A program made the translations under genes and the position numbers. From assembly GCA_965237955.1 (NCBI GenBank), contig OZ250169.1, positions 5,216,001 to 5,280,000 on the forward strand: a DNA stretch of 64,000 bases, given 5' to 3'. The notes beneath the pieces are model-generated. The model saw only the letters and a program-made list of their open reading frames with translations, was not told the DNA's origin and ran no database searches. Positions 1 to 9,328 of the stretch are shown here, piece after piece. Within the stretch, counting starts at the first letter, position 1. Every line of letters begins with the position of its first letter. Source of the DNA: Candidatus Marinacidobacterales bacterium. GTDB lineage: Bacteria > Acidobacteriota > Vicinamibacteria > Marinacidobacterales > SMYC01.

Positions 1-1239
1 TTGACGCTTCCTTCGATCACCGACGGCAAGCCCATGTCCCTGGCCGAGTTTCGCGGCCGGAAGGTCATGCTGCACGTCTGGGCTTCCTGGTGAGCGGGCT
101 GCCGTAAGCACGTGCCCGGGTGGCACGAGAAAACGAAGGCGCTGCAAGAGGCAGGCAAGCTCGAGTTGGTCGGCATTATCGAAGAGCAGCACCCCGATCG
201 GACGCGCCTCTTCATGCAGTGGAAAGAGATGGGCTGGCCGCTCCTCATCGACTCGTTGAATCTTCTCGACGTGTCGGCTGTGCCTCTGACCTATCTCGTC
301 GATGAAGGAGGGGTTGTCCGCTTCGAGCGGCCGAGCGACGAAGATCTCGAAATGTTTTTGGCCACCGACTACACGAGCGCGGATAATCATGCCCGGTCGC
401 TGGATCCGGAACGTGACTCCCCGGAGCACGTGCTGCTCTGGGGCGACGACCGCGATGTGAGCGACGCGATCGCGGAACTCGGGCAACGAATCGGCGAGGC
501 ACCCGAAGATTCCCGCGCGCACTTCCGTTTGGGTGTGGCTTATCGAAAGCGCTACGATTCGGCCGAGCGTCGCGCCGGGGATTTTCAGAAAGCTGTCGAG
601 CAGTGGGTACGTGCACTCGAGCTCGACCCGAACCAATACATTTTTCGACGCCGCATCCAGCAGTACGGGCCCCGGCTCGACAAGCCCTATCCGTTCTACG
701 ACTGGGTTCCCGAAGCGAGGGCGGCCGTCGAGGCGCGGGGTGAGACGTCCGTCGCCCTGCGCGTGGAGCCGCGCGGCGCCGAGTTCGCGAAGCCGCTGAA
801 GTCTTTTGCCGCCAGTGCCGAGACCGGGGAATCACCCGATCCCGGCGGGCGCATCTTCCGTGACGAGCAACCTCTCATCGTCGCCGAATCCGTGGTCGTT
901 CCCACGGTCATCGAGCCCGGCGAGAGCGCGCGGATCCATGTCGCCCTGAGGCCCGATCTCTCGCTGAAAGCCCACTGGAACAACGAGGTGGATGATCTCG
1001 TGTTCTGGGTCGATCCACCCGAAGGCTTTCGTGTCGATCGCCGCCAACACACGGTCGTGATTCCTCCGAAGCCCGTGAGCCAGGAGCTTCGCCAGATCGA
1101 GTTCGAGATCGCGAGCCCCGAAAATTTCACCGGAATGGCTACGCTCTCAGCGTACGCGCTCTACTACGTGTGCGAAGACGTCGACGGCACGTGCCTTTTC
1201 CGTCGCCAAGACGTGCACGTCGAGCTGAGCGTGAGGTAG
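1..1239 (+). CDS. Selenoprotein: TlpA/redoxin thioredoxin domain (UxxC) + TPR + DsbD N-terminal-like domain; 5' end runs off the window
   Basis: Frame 1 reads LTLPSITDGKPMSLAEFRGRKVMLHVWASW-TGA(91-93)-AGCRKHVPGW, continuous with ORF 112..1239. The TGA sits at the first Cys of the WASWCxxC motif. TPR-like AHFRLGVAY...ALELDPN; C-terminal YYVCEDVDGTC. Confidence 0.85.
111..127 (+). promoter_or_regulatory. Putative bacterial SECIS hairpin
   Basis: Perfect 6-bp stem CGTGCC(111-116)/GGCACG(122-127) with G-rich loop CGGGT, loop starting 24 nt after the in-frame UGA. Confidence 0.7.
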
Positions 1240-1304
1240 CTTTTCGTGAACGCGACGTCGGCGCTCCGGATGAGCTCGATCATCCTTAGAGCCGTAAAAG
1301 ACGT

Positions 1305-1934
1305 TCACTTCCACGCGAAGCGCGGCTGTTCGAAGTGGGCGACGCGCGTCGATCGCCCGTGTAGCAGAACCTCTCTCGTCTGATAGAGCATCGCGGCCGT
1401 GGGCGCCCAGACCGTCGTGCTCAGGAGCGGAATAGGGAAGCACATCAGAGGACGATCGCTCGTCTGTCCTTCGGTGATGCGGGGGACGCCGGGAGCATCG
1501 AGCACTTCGAGCGGCACGATGTGCGCCGCGTGAACCTCGACGGGATCGGGCGTAAGCTCGGGTCGATCCGGGCCCCAAACGACGACCGGGGTGATGACGA
1601 ATCCCGAGCGCGTCTGGAAATCGTCCAGGTGTCCGACGACACCATCACGATCGAGCTCGAGTCCGACCTCTTCTTTGACCTCTCGAAGTGCGGCTTCGAT
1701 GACGCTCTCGCCTTCATCCGTGCGTCCGCCCGGCAGTGCCCACTGTCCCGCGTGGCGCCGGAGGGTCAAGGGTCGCCGGGTGAGAATGAAAGAAGCATCG
1801 CCGTCTTCGTTGCCCACAAGCGTCACCGCGACCGCGGCGGGTACGAGATCGTGGTCGACGATTTCTCGACGCTCGAAGCTCTCCATCCGCTCGGTCACGC
1901 GCTGGCGAAAGCCGTCGTCGAAAGCGATGCGCAT
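1305..1934 (-). CDS. Nudix hydrolase, CoA pyrophosphatase family
   Basis: LTRRxxxLRRHAGQWALPGG motif plus Nudix box GGRTDEGESVIEAALREVKEEVG; ATG at 1934 overlaps the upstream TAA (TAATG). Confidence 0.9.
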   Translation of the reverse strand: MRIAFDDGFRQRVTERMESFERREIVDHDLVPAAVAVTLVGNEDGDASFILTRRPLTLRRHAGQWALPGGRTDEGESVIEAALREVKEEVGLELDRDGVVGHLDDFQTRSGFVITPVVVWGPDRPELTPDPVEVHAAHIVPLEVLDAPGVPRITEGQTSDRPLMCFPIPLLSTTVWAPTAAMLYQTREVLLHGRSTRVAHFEQPRFAWK

Positions 1935-3526
1935 TATTGAAAGAAGCCGAGGCTCCGAAGTTTTTCGAGCTCCTCCGAGCTCATACTTTCGGCAGCGGCG
2001 TCGTCGGTCGCGAGCTGGTTCTCGAGCGCCCATTTGTGCCAGCCGTCGAGTTGTTCGGCCAGCCGCTCGACGATCTCTGGATTCTCCTCGGCGACGTTTT
2101 TCTGATTCAACGGATCAGCACAATGGTCATAGAGCTCGAGCTCGGGAACCTCGACGCCGTCGGGCGCGCGGACATTGTGCACGAGCTTCCAACCGTCGAG
2201 GACGATGCTGAACGCATCGACGCGTCCACGTCCGATCGGCTCTGACGGTGGCGCCTTGTACTCCGAAATTGCTGGCCGGGTGCGAAACGCGGCCGTTTCA
2301 CCCGACGCCGACATGAGCGGCACCAGCTCGATGGGTACTGGCATCAGATTCCACGTGAATCGACTCAGCTCGTCCTTGTGCTTCCACAGGACCTCGCGCT
2401 CCCAGCTGCCATCGCCGGTGAGACGATAACGCCTCACGTCTTTTTGGTCGTCGCTCGCCACATACAGCTCGTCGCGCCCGTCACCGTCGAGATCGAGAAG
2501 GATGGAGGCATGCTCGAATCCCGAAGAATCCGAAGCGATCAGCTCCTTGGTCCAGCTGTCTCCGGATTCCGGCCGGAGTAACCAAAGGCCTTTCTTGTTC
2601 GTAGCCGCAACGATTTCCTTGTCCCCATCCCCATCCACGTCGCCCGCGGTGAGGAAACGGCAGAGACGATCGTCGATCGTCGTAACGACGTTTCTCTCCG
2701 CTGGGTCGGTATCGGCGTCGTAGCGGCGGATCTCGACGCTACCGCCCGCCACGCCTTCCACGGAGACGTAGAGCTCGTCGCGCCCGTCGCCATCGACGTC
2801 GGCAACTAGAATCTCTTTCGCATGACGATTGCCGAGGTCCGCCACCTCGACGCGACCCTCCGATTTGGCAGGGACGTATCGCACGACCCGCCCGGCCTGC
2901 GGCGTGCCGTCGAGTTTGTTCGGTGCGGTGGGCGTTGCGTAGATTTCGATCGTACCGTCTCCATCGAGATCTCCCAGCTCGATTTCGTGCACGACGGTGT
3001 TCGGCTCGCGGTCCAGTTCCTCGACCGAGAATCCACCATTGCCATCGGGTTTCAAGACGGCGACCACGCCCTGGTCGTGGGTTGCGACCGCGATCGCGGC
3101 GGTGCCGTCGCCGTATATATCGCCCACCTCGGCGTCGCGCATGCGGCTGAACTTCCCACCGAAGTCGGCTTCCCAGAGGGTCTCGACATCTCCGGATGGA
3201 GACCGGAGCTTGACCGCGGCCTTGGTGCCTCCGAAAGTCAGCACTCCGGAAGCCTGATAGGCCATCGCCTTGTGAACGACGTTGCTGTCGCCGTCTTCGA
3301 AATATCGGTAGCCCCACTCGGTTCCGACATACGTGAGAACCCCGACGCGACCCGGAAGCGGCTTGGGTGAGCCGTTGTCGTTCTCACCGAGGGCGGCCAT
3401 GCTGAGGAGAAGCGCCTGGTCGTAAGCTTTGTCAGACGGAGTCGGAGCTCCGCATCCGAACATCACGAGAACGACCGCGGCGGCGCCGAGGCGGTTAGGA
3501 CCGTGCATGGCCCGGGACCATATCAC
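1934..3526 (-). CDS. FG-GAP/VCBS repeat lipoprotein fused in frame to a sulfatase C-terminal tail (chimeric)
   Basis: Lipobox-like MFGC; repeats GDLDGDGTIEI, ADVDGDGRDEL, GDVDGDGDKEI; tail DGWKLV...ELYD...DP.NQKNVA...LEKLRSLGF is typical of sulfatases. Confidence 0.75.
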   Translation of the reverse strand: MIWSRAMHGPNRLGAAAVVLVMFGCGAPTPSDKAYDQALLLSMAALGENDNGSPKPLPGRVGVLTYVGTEWGYRYFEDGDSNVVHKAMAYQASGVLTFGGTKAAVKLRSPSGDVETLWEADFGGKFSRMRDAEVGDIYGDGTAAIAVATHDQGVVAVLKPDGNGGFSVEELDREPNTVVHEIELGDLDGDGTIEIYATPTAPNKLDGTPQAGRVVRYVPAKSEGRVEVADLGNRHAKEILVADVDGDGRDELYVSVEGVAGGSVEIRRYDADTDPAERNVVTTIDDRLCRFLTAGDVDGDGDKEIVAATNKKGLWLLRPESGDSWTKELIASDSSGFEHASILLDLDGDGRDELYVASDDQKDVRRYRLTGDGSWEREVLWKHKDELSRFTWNLMPVPIELVPLMSASGETAAFRTRPAISEYKAPPSEPIGRGRVDAFSIVLDGWKLVHNVRAPDGVEVPELELYDHCADPLNQKNVAEENPEIVERLAEQLDGWHKWALENQLATDDAAAESMSSEELEKLRSLGFFQ

Positions 3527-3579
3527 GTGGTGATGGACAGAGAGTCCTCTTCGACGGGTTGGCGGGAAACGTGATGAAG

Positions 3580-4068
3580 ATGCGCGAAATCAGAGCTCGC
3601 GGAGGAAGAAGAGCTCGCCACACCCGCGTCCCGCAGTGTCGACGCCTATGATTTCTACATGCAAGGCGCGCACGTCATGCAGGAGGGCACCGAGGAGGCG
3701 ACCAACGTCGCGTTTCAGTGCTTCACTCGCGCTATCGAGCTCGATCCGAATCTGGCCGAGGCCCACGTGGGCCTCGGTGCGGTGTATGAAGCCCGCTATT
3801 GGTTCCGTTGGGGCGGTGGTCTCACGAATCTTGACCAGGCGGCCGCGAGCTACGAGAGGGCGGTTCAGTCGAATCCAGCGTCGATGAGAGCGCACCGGAG
3901 GCCTCATCATGGTGCATAACTACAGAGGGCGCGTGCCCGGGAGTATTACGGGAAAGCGACGGCGGCGTTTCTTGATGCTGGGCTCTTCTTTGATCAGCTC
4001 GGAGAGCGGGAACGTCCAGAGGAAGCGTGGCGTCGGCGCGTGGAGATGGTTTCTCGGCGACTTCTGGC
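3580..4068 (+). pseudogene. Remnant of a TPR-rich (kinase/adenylate-cyclase-type) protein; N-terminus missing, frameshifted, C-terminus displaced by inversion
   Basis: VDAYDFYMQG...FTRAIELDPNLAEAHVGLG; frameshift ~3898; continues AREYYGKAT...VEMVSRRLLA up to 4068. Confidence 0.65.
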
Positions 4069-4619
4069 TCCACCTGCGCAGGCTCACACCGACACCGCAA
4101 GCAAGAGTCACGCCTCCCGAGCCCAAGCCTGCTGCCCCGAGCACCTCGATGGACTACGAAATCAAGGAAGACGAGTCCAAAGGGACGAGCCACGAGCAAG
4201 AGATGCGACGGATGAAGCAAAGCGGCGGCGAGTCGCGGCTCCTGCGCGACGTGAAGCTTCACTTCAGAATGCGGGATTGGCAAGGGGCGGTTCCGCTACT
4301 CGAGCAGCTCGTCGCGATCTCACCCGGAAAGGCTTTCTACCGCGGCATGCTCGCACGCGCCATGTCGCGCGACCCGGCGACGCGCAAGGACGCCGAGGAA
4401 CATTTCATCGAAGCCTTGAGACTCGCCCCTCAAGACCCGGAGCTCCACTACTGGCTCGGCCTCTACTACAAATCCTTCGGCCTCAAGTCGCGCGCGATCA
4501 CAGAATTCCGCACCACGCTGCGCATCAACCCGAAACACGAAGGCGCGCGCAAGCAGTTGGGCGGCGGCCGCAAAAAAGACGACGCGCTCGGCAACGTGTT
4601 GAAGAAGCTCTTCGGCTAG
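4069..4619 (+). pseudogene. Displaced C-terminal TPR part of the DUF4388 protein (inside the inverted segment)
   Basis: Pro-rich linker TPPEPKPAAP then TPRs (EALRLAPQDPELHYWLGLYY...RINPKH) ending LKKLFG; no convincing start of its own. Confidence 0.6.
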
Positions 4620-4631
4620 CGTCAACGGGTC

Positions 4632-6605
4632 TCAATACGTCTCCCGAAGACGCCGCTCCAGCGCCTCGTACTCTCGGTGAAATTCGTCCAGTGCCTCGAA
4701 GGCTGGAAGCGAGACGCCAGCGAGCTCGAAAGGCCGTTCCCAAAGGGGAGAGATTCCACCCAGCCGCACGGTGTGGCGCAGCAGCTCTACGGCCCGATCT
4801 GTCTCTCCTAGTTTTGCTGCTACAGCGGCGAGAATGTAGAAGTCACCGGCATTGAAACCAGATGAGACGAGTCTTTCTTCCTCGGCCAAGAAGGAAGCGC
4901 GTTCCCCAAGAAGCCCGTAAAAACAGGCGAGAAGCGAGCGCGTGCGAATGTCATCGGGGTATGCAGGCGGCGTCTCCTCAGCCTCCGGGAGCTCCTGTTC
5001 CTCGATTTCGAGCTCGAGCTCGATTTCGAGGTCTTGGCTGAGCTCGACCTCTTCGATTGGAATCTGGCGCAACATGGAAATCTCGTCGTTGCCGGAGCGC
5101 TCTCCTTGGATGAAGAGCTCGCTGTCCATGTCGGGCAGCGGTTCGTCATCGATATCCGATCCGAGGTCGAGCGATTGACTCGTGTCGAGCGGTTCGTCTT
5201 CAGGCGGTTCCGGGGAATCCATGATGGACCACGATGGCGGCTCCATCATTTCGGATCGCGGTTCGGATGCTGGTGGCTCGGGTGCGCGATCTTCGTCGAT
5301 CACAGCGGACGACGTGCTCTTGTCGGAGTCGTCCTTCATCGACCAAGACGGGACCCCCATGGTGTCGCTCTCATCGGCCGGTTGGTCGGTTTCGTCGCTC
5401 TTCAAAGACCAAGAGGGAGCATCTACGCTTTCGACGGCTGGCTTCTCTTCGCGAGCTTCCTCCGAGTCGTCTTTGAGGGCCCACGACGGCGCGCCGACGC
5501 TTTCGATCTGGGAGGGTTCGGCAGCGGGAACGGGCTCTGGCGCAGGCGCCGAAGGCTCGACTACGACAGGAGGTGGAGCCTTCGGTGGCGGGATCTTCTG
5601 CTCGGGTTTTTCCAGTGCAGTCTTTCGAGAACCTCGGAACCATCCCCGAACGGTATTCCACAGCCGGGCGAACCAATCGTAGACATCGCCGAGCGTGAAT
5701 CCTTCCGAAGCTTCGACCTGGGTCTCCTGCGGCTCGACATCGCGTTCGAATCGCGCGGGCGGTTCGGGTGCCTCGACTTTGTGCCGGATCTCGGAGAGAA
5801 CAAACGTACCGGTTTCTTCTTGTACCTGCAGCAGGCGGCGCCGCCGATCGGTCTCGACGGGCTCGAGGATGCCGCCGGACAGAAGTCCGTAGCAAGCTCG
5901 AAGCGCGACGCCTTCGTGACCACCCACGATCTCAACGATGTCCTGAATCGTCGCGCCGTTTTTTGCCGCGCGCAGCATCGATTTTTCCTCGGGACGAAGC
6001 TTGTCGACATCCAGCGTGAACGGAGGCTGGTCGACGATTTTCACTTCGGTATCGAGCGGCGGCAGACCTGCGAGGACGAGTGATTTGCGCGACATGCGAC
6101 GAACGCCTTCGATCAGGATGCGATACACCGAGAGGCTCACCATCAGCTCGACCGGTATGCTGCAAGGGCGTTCGTCGAAGCGGTAGTCACCCCGCTTCGC
6201 CACGAACAACGAGAGAACGATCCGATTCACTTGGGCGGCAACGTAGCGACCGAGCTCCTCCTCGGGAACAATTCCGGCTTCGACGAGCACTGCTCCGAAC
6301 TTTTGCTTTGTCGTCTTCATCAGCATGCTGGCAAGGGCGAACTCGTGGCGTGAAATCCGTCCCCCCTCGATCATGCTCTCTCCGAGCCGATCGGTCTTCC
6401 GATTGCTCGATGATGCGAACACGACGAAGCCCCGGTCGAAGTAGATCGTCTTGATAAAGGAGGGGCCGGTGATTTGGAGGTCGCCGCTGTGCTCCTCGAC
6501 CGCGATGCGGCGGAGTACTTCGGCCAGAGGCGTGTGGGCGAGACCGCCCTCGAGGCGCACTGAGATGCCCGAGCGGCCGCCGCTATTGGTACTCGCGGTC
6601 GTCAT
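4632..6605 (-). CDS. DUF4388 (PatA-N-like) protein with acidic/Pro-rich linker; last ~110 aa come from the neighbouring TPR gene
   Basis: LEGGLAHTPLAEVLRRI...SGDL...IYFDRGFVVFASS...RLGESMI; abrupt composition change at EETPPA|YPDDIRTRSLL. Confidence 0.75.
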   Translation of the reverse strand: MTTASTNSGGRSGISVRLEGGLAHTPLAEVLRRIAVEEHSGDLQITGPSFIKTIYFDRGFVVFASSSNRKTDRLGESMIEGGRISRHEFALASMLMKTTKQKFGAVLVEAGIVPEEELGRYVAAQVNRIVLSLFVAKRGDYRFDERPCSIPVELMVSLSVYRILIEGVRRMSRKSLVLAGLPPLDTEVKIVDQPPFTLDVDKLRPEEKSMLRAAKNGATIQDIVEIVGGHEGVALRACYGLLSGGILEPVETDRRRRLLQVQEETGTFVLSEIRHKVEAPEPPARFERDVEPQETQVEASEGFTLGDVYDWFARLWNTVRGWFRGSRKTALEKPEQKIPPPKAPPPVVVEPSAPAPEPVPAAEPSQIESVGAPSWALKDDSEEAREEKPAVESVDAPSWSLKSDETDQPADESDTMGVPSWSMKDDSDKSTSSAVIDEDRAPEPPASEPRSEMMEPPSWSIMDSPEPPEDEPLDTSQSLDLGSDIDDEPLPDMDSELFIQGERSGNDEISMLRQIPIEEVELSQDLEIELELEIEEQELPEAEETPPAYPDDIRTRSLLACFYGLLGERASFLAEEERLVSSGFNAGDFYILAAVAAKLGETDRAVELLRHTVRLGGISPLWERPFELAGVSLPAFEALDEFHREYEALERRLRETY

Positions 6606-6715
6606 CGATGATTCGTTTGTGGCGCAGCATGCATGTTATACGAGCTGGACTACAAGGGAAAAGGACCCCAAGTGGAATTTCGGATCAGCGCGTGGCCGGC
6701 AAGTTGTGCGGCCAG

Positions 6716-6945
6716 TCATTCGCGTTCGTCCGTCACCACGTCCATCACCCAGATGTCGCCGAGATCCTCCTCCCAAGTGAAGTAGAGGTACTGGCCATCT
6801 GTGGCGAGCGCGTAGACTCCCGGATTGCCTCGCTTTCCACTGAAATCGCTCAACGGTCGCTCCGCTTCGTCCTCGAGAGACACGACCCAGATATCGCTCA
6901 GGCCCAGGAAGTAGATCGCCGTCCCATCGCGTGACGAATAACACC
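6716..6945 (-). pseudogene. C-terminal fragment of a PD40/TolB beta-propeller protein
   Basis: SRDGTAIYF...LATDGQYLYFTWEEDLGDIWVMDV with no N-terminus. Confidence 0.6.
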
Positions 6946-7020
6946 GATGGTGCATCTGTGTTCTTGGCATCGCGCGCAAAGCACCCAAAAACGTTACGCG
7001 GGCCCTTTGGTTAGACGGCG

Positions 7021-7611
7021 TCAGCGGGTCTGCGTGAGTCGTGCGTGGAACGCAATGCCCTTCCAAAGGTTCTGGCGCTGCTCCACACTCAGCTTTTTCA
7101 GGTTCACTTCTAGGGTCTCGCCGCTGACAAGAACGATCTCCATCCGGTGCCACTCGGGCAGCTCGTAGGTCGGTCCGCGAGACTGAAAGGCTGCGGGCAT
7201 CTCCGGCCTCGCGTCGAGCTCGTTCGCCCAGGTCTGTCCCTCCACTGCGAACCCCTCGATCCTCTCCCACGGAATCTCCTTGCCCACTCCGGGCGGCACC
7301 TGTACGAAGAGCCCGTCTTTACGCACGTCGACGCGATACCAGAAAAGCGTCATCACGCTCGTCAGTAGGAGAAGGCCGGCAAAGCCGTAGAGCGCCCACG
7401 CGAGCAACCTGGCCCGCTCGCTCTTTTTCCATCCTGATGCGACCCACCATCCAACTCCGGCCGCGACACCCACGCGGAGGACTACGATGAAATAGTTGAA
7501 GCCGTTATCGAAGTGAAAGACGAGGTCTTGGGGCAACCTGCCTTCCTGTTCGGAGATCATGCAGCCCGCGGTTCCAAAAAGAAGGAAAGGCAACAAGGCA
7601 AAAAGTTTCAT
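7021..7611 (-). CDS. Hypothetical membrane lipoprotein
   Basis: MKLFALLPFLLFGTAGC signal/lipobox and two TM segments. Confidence 0.65.
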   Translation of the reverse strand: MKLFALLPFLLFGTAGCMISEQEGRLPQDLVFHFDNGFNYFIVVLRVGVAAGVGWWVASGWKKSERARLLAWALYGFAGLLLLTSVMTLFWYRVDVRKDGLFVQVPPGVGKEIPWERIEGFAVEGQTWANELDARPEMPAAFQSRGPTYELPEWHRMEIVLVSGETLEVNLKKLSVEQRQNLWKGIAFHARLTQTR

Positions 7612-7693
7612 CGGGCAATCGTGCCTCAAAGGGATGCCTCCAGAGTACGGACCGATTCGGCGCGAGTCAATCGATCGACTTTCGTCGTTGAGA

Positions 7694-9246
7694 CCGCTAA
7701 TCCTGTCGGTAAAATCCCAGCGTTGGAGATACGAGACGAGTCTCGCACATACGAAGAAATCAACCCCGACCAGCGGGTTCGAGCACCAGGCGCGTCGACG
7801 AATCTAGATCTAGATATTTCGACCCGCCTTGCGCGGCGCGCCTGTCGAGGGAGCGCATCATAATAACCGGGGGGCTTCGCGACGCCTGCGCCGTTCATCA
7901 ATCTTGCGCTGGATGAAAGCCGCCCCGTAGACGCGCTCCGCGGCTAATCCGTTGTGGTGGGCGCAGAGGATTTGAAGTAATCGCTCGTCGTTGCTGCGAA
8001 AGATGCCAAACGGCCGCACATGCTCAATTTGAAGTCCGGTGCGTGAGCTACATCGTGTCCTGTCAAAGGCGTAAAAATTGGCATTGGTAGTTGGCGCGAT
8101 CGTGCACCCGCTCCGAAACATCGGAGGCGATGTAGCGGGACTTGGCTGGCTCGTCGTTTTTCGCAATCTCGTTTAAACGAGATTTTGCTTTCGATGAGTT
8201 TTCGCGCTTATTCCGCCGCTCGAGCTTTTTTTTCGGGTCTTTTTTCTCGAGGGTGATGTCGAGGGCCTTCTCGAGAATATCCGCCATGTGTTTTTGAGCA
8301 TTCTCAACACCGAGAACTTCGGCGAGTCGCTCGAACTTGTCCTTGAAGTCGCGATCGGCCGAGAACCTGAAATTGTACTCGTCAGCTCTGGCCGGCTGGA
8401 GAATGGGTGGCGAGCTCTTCGGCGGCGTTTGCTCGAGCGGAGGTTCTGGAGCCTTCGGGGTGAGGTTGTCTTTTTTGGGTTGTTGCGGTGGCGCTGCCGG
8501 CTTGTGACCGGACGGGCGCTTACGGATCGACGGCTCGAAGACGGGCTTCGGCCTGAGCGTCACGAGGTATTCCTCTGTCTCCTTGCGCGTCATCTCCGGA
8601 CAGAAATCAGCTTGTCGACGTTGTTCTCGCTGACGTGAGCGGCGAGGAGACTCGCGACGGTGAGACTGATACGGTTTTCAGCCAAGGCGACCAGTAGCTG
8701 GGGGAACCGGCGCGAAACGTTCGCCACGTGAATCCGCGCGGGCACGGCGCCTTCACTCAAGTTGAGGCGCCGTATGCAATAGTCGAACAGATTCTTGTAG
8801 CCCAGCTCGAGCACCACCTTCCGAGCCGACATCTCGGCGATGTGAGCGATGAGCTTGGCGATGTTCCCGTTCTCGGCCACAACCAGTTTTTTGGCAGAAC
8901 GATCGGGCGCGGTGCTAGACAAACGTTCGAGCTTTACGAAGTAGCTCTTGAATTGTTCGATCATTGTCATTTGTCTTCCTCTCCCCTCAGTAATGGATTA
9001 TACTCTCGGCTTCTTGCGCACCCAGAGACGGCGCTGGAAGACCTAAACTCGATCGATTCGAAACTAAATCAAAACTGCGCTACGAATGCGCCACAAGGCG
9101 CACCTTGCGTGCCTGAACGAGGTTGTACGAGACGAAGTCATCTCGAGCAATCTTGCGCCGCTAAAGCTGTCAAGCTTTTTTTTGCTTTATTTGACGTGTG
9201 CAGCACGTCCTGACATAAGATGAGATTTTACCGACAGGATCAGCGG
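7694..9246. mobile_element. Candidate element: DUF222-like/HNH gene bounded by 23-bp inverted repeats
   Basis: CCGCTAATCCTGTCGGTAAAATC (7694-7716) matches the reverse complement of 9224-9246 at 22/23; CAGCGGGTTCGAGCAC is a direct repeat at 7771-7786 and 9241-9256. Confidence 0.5.
7858..8970 (-). pseudogene. DUF222-like N-terminal domain + HNH endonuclease, two frameshifts
   Basis: LGYKNLFDYCIRRLNLSEG...RFPQL N-domain; SRYI...QCQF..RC...LQIEHVRPF...LCAHHN split over ORFs 8590..8970, 8063..8593 and 7858..8166. Confidence 0.8.
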
Positions 9247-9288
9247 GTTCGAGCACTAGAGTGCTGAGCGCGGTCTTGCTGAGCAAGT

Positions 9289-9328
9289 CCCTCTCCCCCT
9301 TGGGGGAGAGGTTAAGACGGGTTAGAGG
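9289..9328. repeat. REP-like intergenic palindrome (CCTCTCCCCC-NN-GGGGGAGAGG)
   Basis: 10-bp stem at 9290-9311; related copy at 40649-40670. Confidence 0.6.

Noticed and set aside
4060-4970. The inversion as a programmed shufflon or phase-variation switch
   Set aside because: Only a 2-bp GC is shared at the breakpoints, there are no inverted recombination sites and no adjacent invertase, and one partner gene is already a pseudogene.
6936-7016. Minus-strand GTCTAAC...GTTATTC after a stop codon, suggesting an attC
   Set aside because: There are no complementary inner arms between the two boxes.
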